Source: Candidatus Daviesbacteria bacterium RIFCSPHIGHO2_02_FULL_36_13 (GTDB lineage Bacteria > Patescibacteriota > Microgenomatia > Daviesbacterales > UBA10151). From it: DNA of 64,000 nt. The stretch is taken from positions 16,786-80,785 of the forward strand of contig MFCV01000044.1 of assembly GCA_001777015.1 (NCBI GenBank), in the 5' to 3' direction. Position numbers and translations under genes: made by a program. Shown here piece after piece: positions 12,190 through 22,125 of this stretch; the first letter of the stretch is position 1; each line of letters starts with the position of its first letter. The notes under the pieces were generated by a model that did not search any database, was not told the DNA's origin, and worked only from the letters and a program-made list of their open reading frames with translations.

Positions 12190-12735
12190 ATGCCACTATT
12201 GACACCAGAAAGACCTATTACCCAAGTAGATTTGCTTGTACATCCCGATTACCATTTAATTGGAGAGGACGAACCTAACTCTGATCCTGCTCAAATGAAG
12301 CTTCGAAAAAGGTGGGATGAAAGAATTACCGAACTTGCAGAAAATAAACAAGCTCTACTTTTCTATTTTCCCGGTATTCCCTTATCAGGAAGGATGCCCG
12401 GGGATAGGGTAGAAGTTTCATTTGAATTGAGAATTGATGAAGCAGAAAGAAGAATAAAGTACGAGAGATTGTTAAAAGACAGATTTTTTATCTTTAATGA
12501 TTGGGAAAAACCTGTTGGTAAAACTTTATTTCCTGAATTTAAAGCAAGAGGTTTTACCTATAACCCCCAAACCACAAAACTTATAGCTTATGGTGAATAT
12601 TTACACCTTTGTGTAGGTACCTGGCAGGATGAAACTGGTTTAGTCCTTGATATTCCCACTCAAAACCATACAACACTTGCTGATTTGAGTGTAGCTTCCA
12701 CAATCTCTCTCTCAAGTTTTCTTTATGACATATAA
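12190..12735 (+). CDS. hypothetical protein
   Basis: ORF with own promoter; LIAYGEYLHLCV only weakly recalls a cysteine-hydrolase fold. Confidence 0.6.
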   Translation: MPLLTPERPITQVDLLVHPDYHLIGEDEPNSDPAQMKLRKRWDERITELAENKQALLFYFPGIPLSGRMPGDRVEVSFELRIDEAERRIKYERLLKDRFFIFNDWEKPVGKTLFPEFKARGFTYNPQTTKLIAYGEYLHLCVGTWQDETGLVLDIPTQNHTTLADLSVASTISLSSFLYDI

Positions 12736-12744
12736 TAAACTCTC

Positions 12745-14049
12745 ATGATAAAAAAAGTTCATTTTTTAGGAATAGGCGGATCAGGAGCATCTGCGGCGGC
12801 GGCTATTGCACAACACACAGGGTTTGAAGTAACAGGATGTGATTTGGATATAAGCAATGAATTTACAACTCCATTTTCTCTAGATCAATTATTAAAGGGT
12901 CATTCAGCTTCCCACCTTAAAGGTGGGAACGTAAATATCTTGGCAGTAACACCTGCTATTTATTCACTTGACCCAACCAATGAAGAATTAATGGAGGCCA
13001 AAAGATTAGGAATTGAAGTGCTAACTTGGCAGGAGTTTATGGGCAAATACTTAATGGAGGGAAAATTTGTAATAGCAGTTTCCGGAACCCATGGCAAAAC
13101 CACCACCACTGCCATGATTGCAAAAATGCTGGAAGATGCAGGACTAGACCCTACAGTAGAACTTGGGTCTATAATGCCCAGCTGGAAAGCAAATTACAGA
13201 AATGGTAATTCCAAGTACTTTGTTGTTGAAGCAGATGAATACAATGACAATTATTTACCTATAACCCCTGACATTTCTGTTGTGACAAATATTGATATGG
13301 ATCACCCTGAATATTTTAAAGACTTTGAAGAATATAAAGAAAGTTTCAAAAAATTTATTTTAAAAACAAAAGGGGCAGTGGTTGCCAATCTATCTGATGC
13401 CTCAACTGCAGAGGTTATGAAAACAGTTTTAAAATCCATACCGGAAAATGATACCCGTCAGTTTCTGGATTATTCAAAACAACAGTTTAATTTATCCCTT
13501 AAAATCCCTGGAACTTTTAATATCTTAAATGCAACTGCAGCTTTCCAAGTTGGTTTATTATTAGGAATTAACCCAGAAACCATAAAATCCAGTTTACAAT
13601 CTTTCACTGGTGCAGGAAGAAGATTTGAATATATTGGAGATTATAATAGGGCCAAAATTTACAGTGATTTTGGACATCACCCCACAGAAATAAGAGAAAC
13701 TCTAAAAGCAGTTAGAGAAAAATTTCCTAATGAAAGAGTCCTGGTTATCTATCAACCTCATATGTTTACCAGAACAAAATATTTATTTGAAGACTTTGTA
13801 AAAGTATTTACAGTGGCACCTGTGGACAAAATATATATCATGGATATTTATCAGAGTAGGGAAAAAGATCTTGGTGAAGTTTCCAGTAAACAGTTGGCAG
13901 AAACTATCAATCTTCCATCAGTGTTACACATTCCAAGTGGAACAGAACTCCAAGTTTTAAAACCAGAAATTAAAAATGGAGATATAGTTTTCTTCATGAG
14001 TGCAGGAGATACAGATAAGATTGCAAAACAATTAGTAGAATTAAGGTAG
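12745..14049 (+). CDS. murC: UDP-N-acetylmuramate--L-alanine ligase
   Basis: HFLGIGGSG, SGTHGKTTT, VEADEY, GAGRRFE, DFGHHPTE, YQPH. Confidence 0.93.
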   Translation: MIKKVHFLGIGGSGASAAAAIAQHTGFEVTGCDLDISNEFTTPFSLDQLLKGHSASHLKGGNVNILAVTPAIYSLDPTNEELMEAKRLGIEVLTWQEFMGKYLMEGKFVIAVSGTHGKTTTTAMIAKMLEDAGLDPTVELGSIMPSWKANYRNGNSKYFVVEADEYNDNYLPITPDISVVTNIDMDHPEYFKDFEEYKESFKKFILKTKGAVVANLSDASTAEVMKTVLKSIPENDTRQFLDYSKQQFNLSLKIPGTFNILNATAAFQVGLLLGINPETIKSSLQSFTGAGRRFEYIGDYNRAKIYSDFGHHPTEIRETLKAVREKFPNERVLVIYQPHMFTRTKYLFEDFVKVFTVAPVDKIYIMDIYQSREKDLGEVSSKQLAETINLPSVLHIPSGTELQVLKPEIKNGDIVFFMSAGDTDKIAKQLVELR

Positions 14050-14087
14050 CAATCATCCCTGTTTGACTTCGTCAAAAGGTAAATTAG

Positions 14088-14627
14088 CTAAAGATCTAAT
14101 TTCTGCTTAACTAACATAAAAGCCAAAAGTGTATAAGTTGTAGTTGAAACTTTCCCTGATAAAAACATTTCTAATGCTTCATCAAAAGGCATTTTTACAA
14201 CTTCCAAAAATTCATCAGGATCAGGATCTTTTTCTGAAGGATATAAATCTCTTGCCAGATAAATACTTATCCTGGCCTTTGTTCTTGCAGCCAGCATAGT
14301 AGTTGTTAAATGCTCAATATTTTTTGCATCCATGCTAATTTCCTCCCTTAATTCATTGTGTACTTGTTTTAATTTTCCCTCTTCATCAGTTGCATCAACT
14401 CCTCCTGCAGGAATTTGTAAGACAAAATCTCTCCAGGCAATTCTCCACTCGCGGACTAAATAGACATTGTTATCTGAATCCAAAGGAAGCATCACAACCA
14501 CATCAGAACCATGAGCATGATCCCATTCCACTATATTCCCATTTTCAAATTCAACTTTTGCCAAATAAACCTTAACAGAAGGACCTTCATATATAATTTT
14601 TTCAGAAATTAATTTTGGCTTTTTCAT
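14088..14627 (-). CDS. NUDIX hydrolase (ADP-ribose pyrophosphatase-like)
   Basis: LQIPAGG...ELREEI Nudix box, DPDEFLEV; ATG at 14627 preferred. Confidence 0.85.
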   Translation of the reverse strand: MKKPKLISEKIIYEGPSVKVYLAKVEFENGNIVEWDHAHGSDVVVMLPLDSDNNVYLVREWRIAWRDFVLQIPAGGVDATDEEGKLKQVHNELREEISMDAKNIEHLTTTMLAARTKARISIYLARDLYPSEKDPDPDEFLEVVKMPFDEALEMFLSGKVSTTTYTLLAFMLVKQKLDL

Positions 14628-14649
14628 AAACTTTGTTTTCAAGCTTCGC

Positions 14650-15444
14650 TTATAGATAGACTTTTTTAAGTTTTGCAGGCGTCTTGTTTTCAAAAAACAT
14701 GTCAATTGTTTTTTGCATAATAGGAGGTGTATCAGTCAATAATATTTCATATTCTGCTTTACCATCATCAAGTAATTTTTTTTCTGTCAATAATCTTTTT
14801 AACTCTCGAGCAGTTGGTTTTGCTGAATCAATTAGTTTGATTTTACTTCCTACAGTTTTTTGGATAATATCTTCTATTAAAGGATAGTGCGTACAGCCTA
14901 AAATTAAAGTGTCGCAATCTCCTTCAAATCCATGCTTTAAATATTCATCCACAGCAATTTTGGCAATTGGGTGATCAAGTAATCCCTCCTCAATTATTGG
15001 AACAAATAAAGGGCAAGCCTGTGTAAATACCTCTATTGATGACTTAATTTTCCTTAACTCTCTTGTGTAAGCTCCACTAGAAACAGTCGCTCTGGTTGCC
15101 AAAACTCCAACTTTGTTATTTTTTGTAAGAGCAGCAGCTAAGACAGCCGCAGGTTTTATAACTCCTAAAACAGGTACTGGAGAAATTTTTTCAATTTCCT
15201 CAAGACAAGTTGCTGAGATTGTATTACAGGCAACCACTAAAAATTTAACGCTTTTTTTAAGTAGAAATCGTGTAAGCTCTAATGCAAATTTAGTAATAGT
15301 CTCACGATCCTTGGTTCCATAAGGAACTCTTTCTGTATCACCTAAATAAATAATGCTTTCATTGGGGAGAACTTTTATAATTTCTTTTACAACTGTTAAG
15401 CCGCCAATTCCAGAATCAAATACACCAATTGGATTGTTATTCAT
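14650..15444 (-). CDS. murI: glutamate racemase
   Basis: IGVFDSGIGGLTV, VVACNT, LILGCTHYP. Confidence 0.97.
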   Translation of the reverse strand: MNNNPIGVFDSGIGGLTVVKEIIKVLPNESIIYLGDTERVPYGTKDRETITKFALELTRFLLKKSVKFLVVACNTISATCLEEIEKISPVPVLGVIKPAAVLAAALTKNNKVGVLATRATVSSGAYTRELRKIKSSIEVFTQACPLFVPIIEEGLLDHPIAKIAVDEYLKHGFEGDCDTLILGCTHYPLIEDIIQKTVGSKIKLIDSAKPTARELKRLLTEKKLLDDGKAEYEILLTDTPPIMQKTIDMFFENKTPAKLKKVYL

Positions 15445-15465
15445 CGGATAAGTATAATACTATGT

Positions 15466-16821
15466 ATGTATTCTTTCAAAGGGAAAAAGGTATTAGTTTT
15501 TGGCCTGGGATTAAATCAGGGAGGAGTGGGTTCAGCTAAATTTTTTGCTAATGCAGGAGCAGAGGTAAGGATTACTGATTTAAAATCCAAGTCTATCCTG
15601 CAACCTTCAATTGATCAGCTGAAAAGCTTCCCAAATATTTCCTACACCTTAGGAGAACATAAAAATGAAGATATTGATTGGGCAGATTTAATTATCAAAA
15701 ACCCAAGCGTAAAAAGGGATAATCCATATTTAGATCATGCTAGACGAAAAAATAAAGACATTGAAACTGATTTGGGAATCTTTTTTAAATTGGTTGATAA
15801 ATCAAAAATTATTGGAGTTACAGGAACCAAAGGTAAATCAACAACAGCATCCCTCATATATGCGGGGCTAAAAGAAAACAATCAAGACGTTGTATTGGCC
15901 GGAAATATTGGGAGAAGTGTTTTAGATTGTATACCTTTAGTTAAAGAAAATACTTTAGTTGTTTTGGAAATCTCTTCTTTTCAGCTGGAAGGATTAGCTC
16001 CCCTAAGAGTCTCTCCTAAATATGCAGTTGTTACAAATATTTTCCCTGACCACCTAAACGTTTATAAGGATATGTTTGAATATATCTCCGCAAAGAGATT
16101 AATTACCCAATTTCAATCTTCCAGTGATTTTTTATTCTTAAATAAAGATGATAAAACTTTAAATAACCCAAAATTTACTAGTGGCCTTTCAGCCAAAATT
16201 ATTTTTTACAGCAAACAGGATTTACCAAAAGATTTTAAACCAAACTTAATAGGGGAGCATAATTTGGAAAATATAGCAGCAGCTTTTGCTGTGAGCAAAG
16301 CTTTTAATATTGATGAAAATCAAATGCTTCAATCTCTTTCTAGTTTTAAAGGAGTGCCATTTAGGATGGAGTTAACTGGGCAGTGGAATGGCATCAAAAT
16401 TATAAATGATACAACTGCAACCGGTCCTGATGCCGGTATTCAAGCGCTAAATTCATATCCTAACTCTATAGTCATTGCCGGAGGAATGAATAAAAATATG
16501 CCTTATGAGGGTTATGTAAAAGTCTTGGAAGAAAATGCTAAAGAGGTATTTTTCCTAGAAGGTGATTCAGCAGATTTAATTATGTCGTCATTGCGAAAGC
16601 CGAAGGCGCGGCGAGTAGCGGAGCGAAGCAATCTCAAAACTCACGGGCCATATAGTGATTTAGAAAAATTATTAGAAGATATAAAGAAAATAGCCAAAGA
16701 AGGGGACACAATTCTTTTTTCCCCGGCAGCAACTTCATACAATTTATTTCAAAATGAATTTGATAGGGGAAGAAGATTTAATAAAGCAGTTGAAAAAGTT
16801 TTCGGGGAAGATATTTCTTAG
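15466..16821 (+). CDS. murD: UDP-N-acetylmuramoyl-L-alanine--D-glutamate ligase
   Basis: VTGTKGKSTT, GNIG, LEISSFQL, PDHL, FSPAATSY..F.NEFDRG. Confidence 0.95.
   Translation: MYSFKGKKVLVFGLGLNQGGVGSAKFFANAGAEVRITDLKSKSILQPSIDQLKSFPNISYTLGEHKNEDIDWADLIIKNPSVKRDNPYLDHARRKNKDIETDLGIFFKLVDKSKIIGVTGTKGKSTTASLIYAGLKENNQDVVLAGNIGRSVLDCIPLVKENTLVVLEISSFQLEGLAPLRVSPKYAVVTNIFPDHLNVYKDMFEYISAKRLITQFQSSSDFLFLNKDDKTLNNPKFTSGLSAKIIFYSKQDLPKDFKPNLIGEHNLENIAAAFAVSKAFNIDENQMLQSLSSFKGVPFRMELTGQWNGIKIINDTTATGPDAGIQALNSYPNSIVIAGGMNKNMPYEGYVKVLEENAKEVFFLEGDSADLIMSSLRKPKARRVAERSNLKTHGPYSDLEKLLEDIKKIAKEGDTILFSPAATSYNLFQNEFDRGRRFNKAVEKVFGEDIS
16587..16635. repeat. REP/RPE-like palindromic element inside murD
   Basis: GC-rich GTCATTGCG...GCCGAAGGC...GCGAAGCAATCTC within an AT-rich gene. 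Confidence 0.7.
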
Positions 16822-17317
16822 ACAAATACTGTAAAAGTTCATAGCCTCCAAAAAGAACTATTGTATAGCCTAAATCAGAAAATAAAGTTGCTTTAAAAAA
16901 TGGAAGAGCTAGTAAGTAACTTTGCATTAAACCACTTATTGTGTGAGGATACCAGTTATTTGGATAGGCCCATACCCCAAAATTTGTTATAAGGAAAAAT
17001 AATCCAGAAGCATAGAGAGAACTTCCTAAAATATTGAGCGGCTTCTTATGATCTTTTAGCCAGAATCCTACTAAACCAATTAATAAATAACTGCCATAAA
17101 CATAAAACATATCTGTTCCATAAAAACCAATGAAATAATCAGAAATAAATAATGCCAAAAGCGGAAGCCAGAATATTTTTTTAGGTAAATAAGTTCCTCC
17201 AAAAAGCATTAAAGCCCCAATAGCTGCAGCATTTGGATTGTGTGGGATAAGTCTGCTTAATATCCCAAATACCACCAATATTATTGCTAAAAGTTTAATA
17301 TTCATAAGCATATACAA
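16778..17317 (-). CDS. membrane protein, putative ECF S-component-like transporter (DUF6580-like)
   Basis: SRLIPHNPN, ISD, FFLITNFGVW, Y..ALPF motifs with 5-6 TM segments. Confidence 0.7.
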   Translation of the reverse strand: MYMLMNIKLLAIILVVFGILSRLIPHNPNAAAIGALMLFGGTYLPKKIFWLPLLALFISDYFIGFYGTDMFYVYGSYLLIGLVGFWLKDHKKPLNILGSSLYASGLFFLITNFGVWAYPNNWYPHTISGLMQSYLLALPFFKATLFSDLGYTIVLFGGYELLQYLSKKYLPRKLFQLLY

Positions 17318-17405
17318 TAAGCAAGATTGAAGAAACTGTCAATCCACAATATATTGGATAGAGGAAATGATGTCGTAGATCAGATATAATTAGATTCTGC
17401 CTAAA

Positions 17406-18629
17406 ATGATTCGCAAACTTAAACAATTATTGTATTTTCCTGTTGCCGGGTATTTTCGGTTTTTTGCAGGTATCCAATTAGCTTTGTGGAAACCGCAAAT
17501 TTTAGTTATAACCGGATCTAACAGCAAAACTACTCTGCTTCATTTAATTGAATCTCAATTAGGAAATAAGGCAAAATATTCTCATCAGGCGAATAGCTCC
17601 TTTGGCATTCCATTTGATATTTTAAATCTAAAAAGAAAAACTTTAGAAATTTGGGAGTGGCCCTTTCTTTTCTTACTTACACCTTTTTATGCTTTTAAAA
17701 ATCCTCCTTCAGAGAAAATATATGTTGTTGAGGCAGATTGTGATAGACCAGGGGAAGGGAAATTTTTAAGCAATCTTTTAAAACCAGAGGTGACACTTTG
17801 GGCAAATTCTTCCAACTCTCATGCACAAAATTTTCCCACTCCAATTGATGAAAATATAGCTTTTGAATTTGGTTACTTTGTTGAGAAGACAAAAAATCTT
17901 TGTATTGTTAATGGAGATTCAGCGTTAATAACATCTCAACTAACAAGAACAAGAGCTGATGTCATGAAAATTACCAAATCACATCTTAAAAATTATTCTT
18001 TACAGAAAAATGGAGCTAGCTATAAAATTGAAAACCTTGTTTATAGCTTTAAATATTTATTACCTGAGGATTCTTTTTATTCAGTTTCTATGACTCTTGC
18101 CCTTTTAGAATATTTAGGAATTCCTCCTGATGTAAAATTTAAAAACTTTATTATTCCTCCTGGAAGAAGTTCTACTTTCAAAGGAATTAAAAACACTACC
18201 ATTATTGATAGTAGTTATAATGCCACCCCATCATCTATGAAAGTAATTTTAGATATGTTCAAAAAATATTCTGCTGAAAACAAATGGCTAGTTTTAGGAG
18301 ATATGATTGAGTTAGGGCCTGATGAGAAAATAGAACATGAAAAATTAAGCAAGCTGATTGATGATGTTGGGGCAAAACAAGTTATATTGGTTGGACCCAG
18401 ACTAAATAAATATACCAATCCTAAATCAAAATTTATAAAATTTGATCAGCCAAAAGAAGCATTAGATTATATTAAAAATCATATAAAAGGCCATGAGGTT
18501 TTACTATTTAAAGGAGCTCGATTTTTGGAAGGGATCATTGAACACTTACTTCTCAACAAATCAGATATTAGTAGGCTTTGCAGAAGAGAGAAAGTTTGGG
18601 AGAATAGAAGAAGGAGGTGGGGATTATGA
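17406..18629 (+). CDS. murF: MurF-like Mur ligase
   Basis: ITGSNSKTT, IIDSSYNATP, VLGDMIELG, LFKGAR. Confidence 0.8.
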   Translation: MIRKLKQLLYFPVAGYFRFFAGIQLALWKPQILVITGSNSKTTLLHLIESQLGNKAKYSHQANSSFGIPFDILNLKRKTLEIWEWPFLFLLTPFYAFKNPPSEKIYVVEADCDRPGEGKFLSNLLKPEVTLWANSSNSHAQNFPTPIDENIAFEFGYFVEKTKNLCIVNGDSALITSQLTRTRADVMKITKSHLKNYSLQKNGASYKIENLVYSFKYLLPEDSFYSVSMTLALLEYLGIPPDVKFKNFIIPPGRSSTFKGIKNTTIIDSSYNATPSSMKVILDMFKKYSAENKWLVLGDMIELGPDEKIEHEKLSKLIDDVGAKQVILVGPRLNKYTNPKSKFIKFDQPKEALDYIKNHIKGHEVLLFKGARFLEGIIEHLLLNKSDISRLCRREKVWENRRRRWGL

Positions 18630-19315
18630 AGATATTAGTTTTACACGGCTGGACATATTCTACAGAAAAATGGGATCCATTCATGGATATAATCAGTTCT
18701 AAAACAGATGTGGAGCTTTTAAAAATTCCTGGTCTAACTGAAAAATTAGAAGCTGTTTGGAATTTAGATAATTATGTTGAGTGGTTAAAAACAAAGATTG
18801 GAGATAGTAAGGTAATTTTAATTGGTCATTCTAATGGCGGCCGAATCTCTTTAGCATTTGCCAATAAATACCCAGAAAAAGTTTCTAAATTGATATTAAT
18901 TGATAGTGCAGGCATTTATCATAATGAATTACCCATTAGATTAAAAAGATTAGTTTTTAAAATTATTGCTAAGCTTGGTAAAAAAATTATTAACTCAGAA
19001 AAATTAAGAAAAATTTTATACAAACTAAGTAGGGAGGGGGATTACGAAAATGCTTCCCCAACTGTTAAAAAAACTATGTTAAATTTAATCACTACTGATA
19101 TAAGTTTTCTACTACCTGAAATAAAAATCCCAACACTAATTATTTGGGGAGAAAATGACAATACCACACCTCTTAAAGATGGGGCGTTAATGCATAAATT
19201 AATCAGGGGATCAAAGTTGAAAATAATCAGCGGCGCAAGACATAGTCCGCAATTTACCCATCCAAAGGAGGTAGCCAAAATTATTTATAAGAACCTGCTA
19301 ATCGCAGAACCTTGA
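18617..19315 (+). CDS. alpha/beta hydrolase
   Basis: LHGW, GHSNGG nucleophile elbow, IIWGEND, catalytic H in GARH. Confidence 0.9.
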   Translation: MGIMKILVLHGWTYSTEKWDPFMDIISSKTDVELLKIPGLTEKLEAVWNLDNYVEWLKTKIGDSKVILIGHSNGGRISLAFANKYPEKVSKLILIDSAGIYHNELPIRLKRLVFKIIAKLGKKIINSEKLRKILYKLSREGDYENASPTVKKTMLNLITTDISFLLPEIKIPTLIIWGENDNTTPLKDGALMHKLIRGSKLKIISGARHSPQFTHPKEVAKIIYKNLLIAEP

Positions 19316-19334
19316 AATTTTATAGAATAAAATT

Positions 19335-20519
19335 ATGAATATATTTAATTCCTTGGGTTCTAATTATGATTTTAAGTTTGTTTTAAAAGCACTCTTATCT
19401 TTCAGTGGAAATTCAAAAGATTTAGAAAACTTATTGGGAGAAAAATACGGGGGAAAGGCCATACTTCTTTATAAAGGAAGGGAGGCCATTGAACTGGCTC
19501 TAAAATCCCTCAATTTACCAGCAGGTACTTTTGTTGCCATAAATGGCTTTACCTGCTTTGCAATGTATGATGCAATTAAAAAAAGTGGATTAAATGTTGA
19601 ATATTTAGATATTGAAAAAGGAGAGTTAAATTTTTCTGCTGAAACTTTTAAAAAAGCTCTAGATAAAAATCCTAAGATTAAAGTTGTAATTATTCAAAAT
19701 ACCCTAGGGTTTCCTTGCGATATAAAAGGTATTTCCAAAATTTGTAAAGAGAAAGGAATTATTTTAATAGAAGATTTAGCTCACTCAATTGGAGCTAAAT
19801 ATGAAGGTGAGAAAGAGGCAGGAACTTTAGGAGACATGACTATTCTTTCATTTAGTCAGGATAAGATGATTGATGGAATATCAGGCGGAGCTCTTGTAGA
19901 TAAAGGACGAAAAATGCTCCAAGAGAAGTTGTATAACTTACCCCTTAAGCAACAAATAATTGACAGCCTATATCCTTCCCTTACCTTTAGAATTAGACTC
20001 ACTTATCCTTTTTTAATAGGAAAGGTTTTGCATGAAATTTTGAAAAGATTAAATCTCCTATCCAAACCAATGACGGGAGCAGAGACTGGAAAACTCCATA
20101 AACTCCCAGGCTGGTATAGCAATTTAATAATGGGACAATTTGATAAATTAAATTCAGATCTAAGTCACAGAAGAAAGATTGCCTCAATCTATGCGGAAAC
20201 TTTAAATCCAAACATTCTGTCTAAAAGAATTATCAAACAAATTGCTGATGCTTCTAATTTACGTTTCCCAATCTTTGTAAATAATAGAGGTGATCTTATT
20301 AAATATCTTGCTCAAAACGGAATATATGTTTCCGATATTTGGTACGATGCTCCCATTTCACCCAAAAAATATTTATCACAATCAGATTATAATCATCAAT
20401 GTCCAAACAGTGAATTGGCATCATCCGCTATATTAAATTTACCAACTCATAAAAACGTCGCAGGAAAGGATGCTGTCAAAATTTCAAATATCATTAACCA
20501 ATGGCTATCACAACAATAG
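19335..20519 (+). CDS. DegT/DnrJ/EryC1-family PLP aminotransferase
   Basis: LIEDLAHSIGA, SFSQDK, ILNLPTH. Confidence 0.85.
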   Translation: MNIFNSLGSNYDFKFVLKALLSFSGNSKDLENLLGEKYGGKAILLYKGREAIELALKSLNLPAGTFVAINGFTCFAMYDAIKKSGLNVEYLDIEKGELNFSAETFKKALDKNPKIKVVIIQNTLGFPCDIKGISKICKEKGIILIEDLAHSIGAKYEGEKEAGTLGDMTILSFSQDKMIDGISGGALVDKGRKMLQEKLYNLPLKQQIIDSLYPSLTFRIRLTYPFLIGKVLHEILKRLNLLSKPMTGAETGKLHKLPGWYSNLIMGQFDKLNSDLSHRRKIASIYAETLNPNILSKRIIKQIADASNLRFPIFVNNRGDLIKYLAQNGIYVSDIWYDAPISPKKYLSQSDYNHQCPNSELASSAILNLPTHKNVAGKDAVKISNIINQWLSQQ

Positions 20520-21523
20520 AGGTTACAGACAAAGAAGAGTGGGAAAGATTTTTGGATTCTCAAAAGGACGCCAATTTTTTACAAAGCTTTAATTGGGGAG
20601 AGTTTCATAAGGCCTTAGGAAAAACTGTAAAAAGAATTGGAATATATGATGGGAAAAAATTAGCAGGAGTATTTCTTTGTATTGTAGAAAAAGCTAAAAG
20701 GGCCACTTATCTGACTGTACCAGGCGGGCCACTGATTGATTGGAAAAGCAAAGAATTAGTCCAAGCTTTTAGACAAATAATTATAGACATAGCAAAAAAA
20801 GAAAATTGTTCATTTGTCAGAGTAAGACCTCAAATTTTTGAAACAGAAGAAAATAGTAAGTTATTTGAAAGACTAGGATTCAGAAATGCTCCAATGCACC
20901 TTCATGCAGAATTAACTCACCAGTTGGATTTAACAAAATCAGAAGATCAATTATTAGCTTCTATGAGAAAAACAACCAGGTATGAAATAAAACAGGCTAT
21001 AAAACAGGATATAAAAATTACTGTTAGTAAAAATCTTGAAGATCTTGATGCGTTTTATGAACTCCAAAGTCAAACGGCCAAAAGGCAGCATTTTGTAGAA
21101 TTTGATAAGAAATTTTTAAAAGAGCAATTTTCTGTGTTTGTTAAAGATAACCAGGTTCTATTATTCACAGCTACTTTGGGAAAGAAAAAGTTGGCACAAG
21201 CATTCATAATTTTTTATGGGGAAGAGGCCGATTATCACTACGGAGCAAGCACTCTTGATGGAAGAGAATATCCAGGAGCATATTTAATTCAGTGGGAGGC
21301 TATAAAAGAAGCTAAAAAAAGAGGTTTAAAAAGATACAATCTTTGGGGAGTAGCACCTGAAGGGGAAACTAGTCATAGATTTTATGGAGTGTCAGTTTTT
21401 AAAAGAGGCTTCGGTGGAGAAGATATAAATTTTTTGCATGCCAGAGATTTAGTGATAAATTCTTTGTCTTATAAAGTTAACTGGCTAATAGAATCTGCCA
21501 GAAAAAAAGTCCGCAGGGTATGA
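20501..21523 (+). CDS. FemAB/FemX-family peptidoglycan bridge aminoacyltransferase
   Basis: FLQSFNWGEF, GGP, LDLTKSEDQLLASMRKTTRYEI, YHYGAS, FKRGFGG. Confidence 0.9.
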   Translation: MAITTIEVTDKEEWERFLDSQKDANFLQSFNWGEFHKALGKTVKRIGIYDGKKLAGVFLCIVEKAKRATYLTVPGGPLIDWKSKELVQAFRQIIIDIAKKENCSFVRVRPQIFETEENSKLFERLGFRNAPMHLHAELTHQLDLTKSEDQLLASMRKTTRYEIKQAIKQDIKITVSKNLEDLDAFYELQSQTAKRQHFVEFDKKFLKEQFSVFVKDNQVLLFTATLGKKKLAQAFIIFYGEEADYHYGASTLDGREYPGAYLIQWEAIKEAKKRGLKRYNLWGVAPEGETSHRFYGVSVFKRGFGGEDINFLHARDLVINSLSYKVNWLIESARKKVRRV

Positions 21524-22110
21524 AAAAAACTGCTCGACAAATTCCTGCAAAATCAATTGGCTCCAAAGAAATTCAATCGATTATTCATAGAATGCTAAAG
21601 ATTGCAGGAGTAGAACAGAAGGATAAAAATAAATCTGTAATGGTGGGGCTGGCTGCTCCTCAAATCAAAATTTTAAAAAGAATTATTTTAGTTGATGTTA
21701 AGGCAGACGGAAAAGGCAAGGTGGGAAAGGTGAAAGTTTATATAAACCCAGTGATTACCTGGGCCTCCAAACAAAAAGGGGAGTGGTATGAAGGATGTTA
21801 TTCAATACCTGAGGTTTGCGGAATAGTAAGTAGACCACTATCCATAAAAGTCCAGGGATTTACGATGCAACCCCCGAGGTTGCAATCGAAGTTTGTCACA
21901 GAAAAATATACAGGATATATTGCCAGAATCTTCCAGCATGAGATAGATCATTTGGATGGAAAATTATTTACTTCTCTCATCAAAAATCCACATCATTTAC
22001 ATAAGGTTTTGGCATCAGAATTTCCTCTTTATAGAGATAAGATGGCATGGAAAACTTGGCCCAAAAAACAGCCATTACCCCTTGCTTTGCGGCCTCAAAA
22101 ACAGATATAA
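21520..22110 (+). CDS. def: peptide deformylase
   Basis: GLAAPQI, EGCYS, FQHEIDHLDG. Confidence 0.93.
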   Translation: MKKTARQIPAKSIGSKEIQSIIHRMLKIAGVEQKDKNKSVMVGLAAPQIKILKRIILVDVKADGKGKVGKVKVYINPVITWASKQKGEWYEGCYSIPEVCGIVSRPLSIKVQGFTMQPPRLQSKFVTEKYTGYIARIFQHEIDHLDGKLFTSLIKNPHHLHKVLASEFPLYRDKMAWKTWPKKQPLPLALRPQKQI

Positions 22111-22125
22111 TTAAGCCTACATTTA

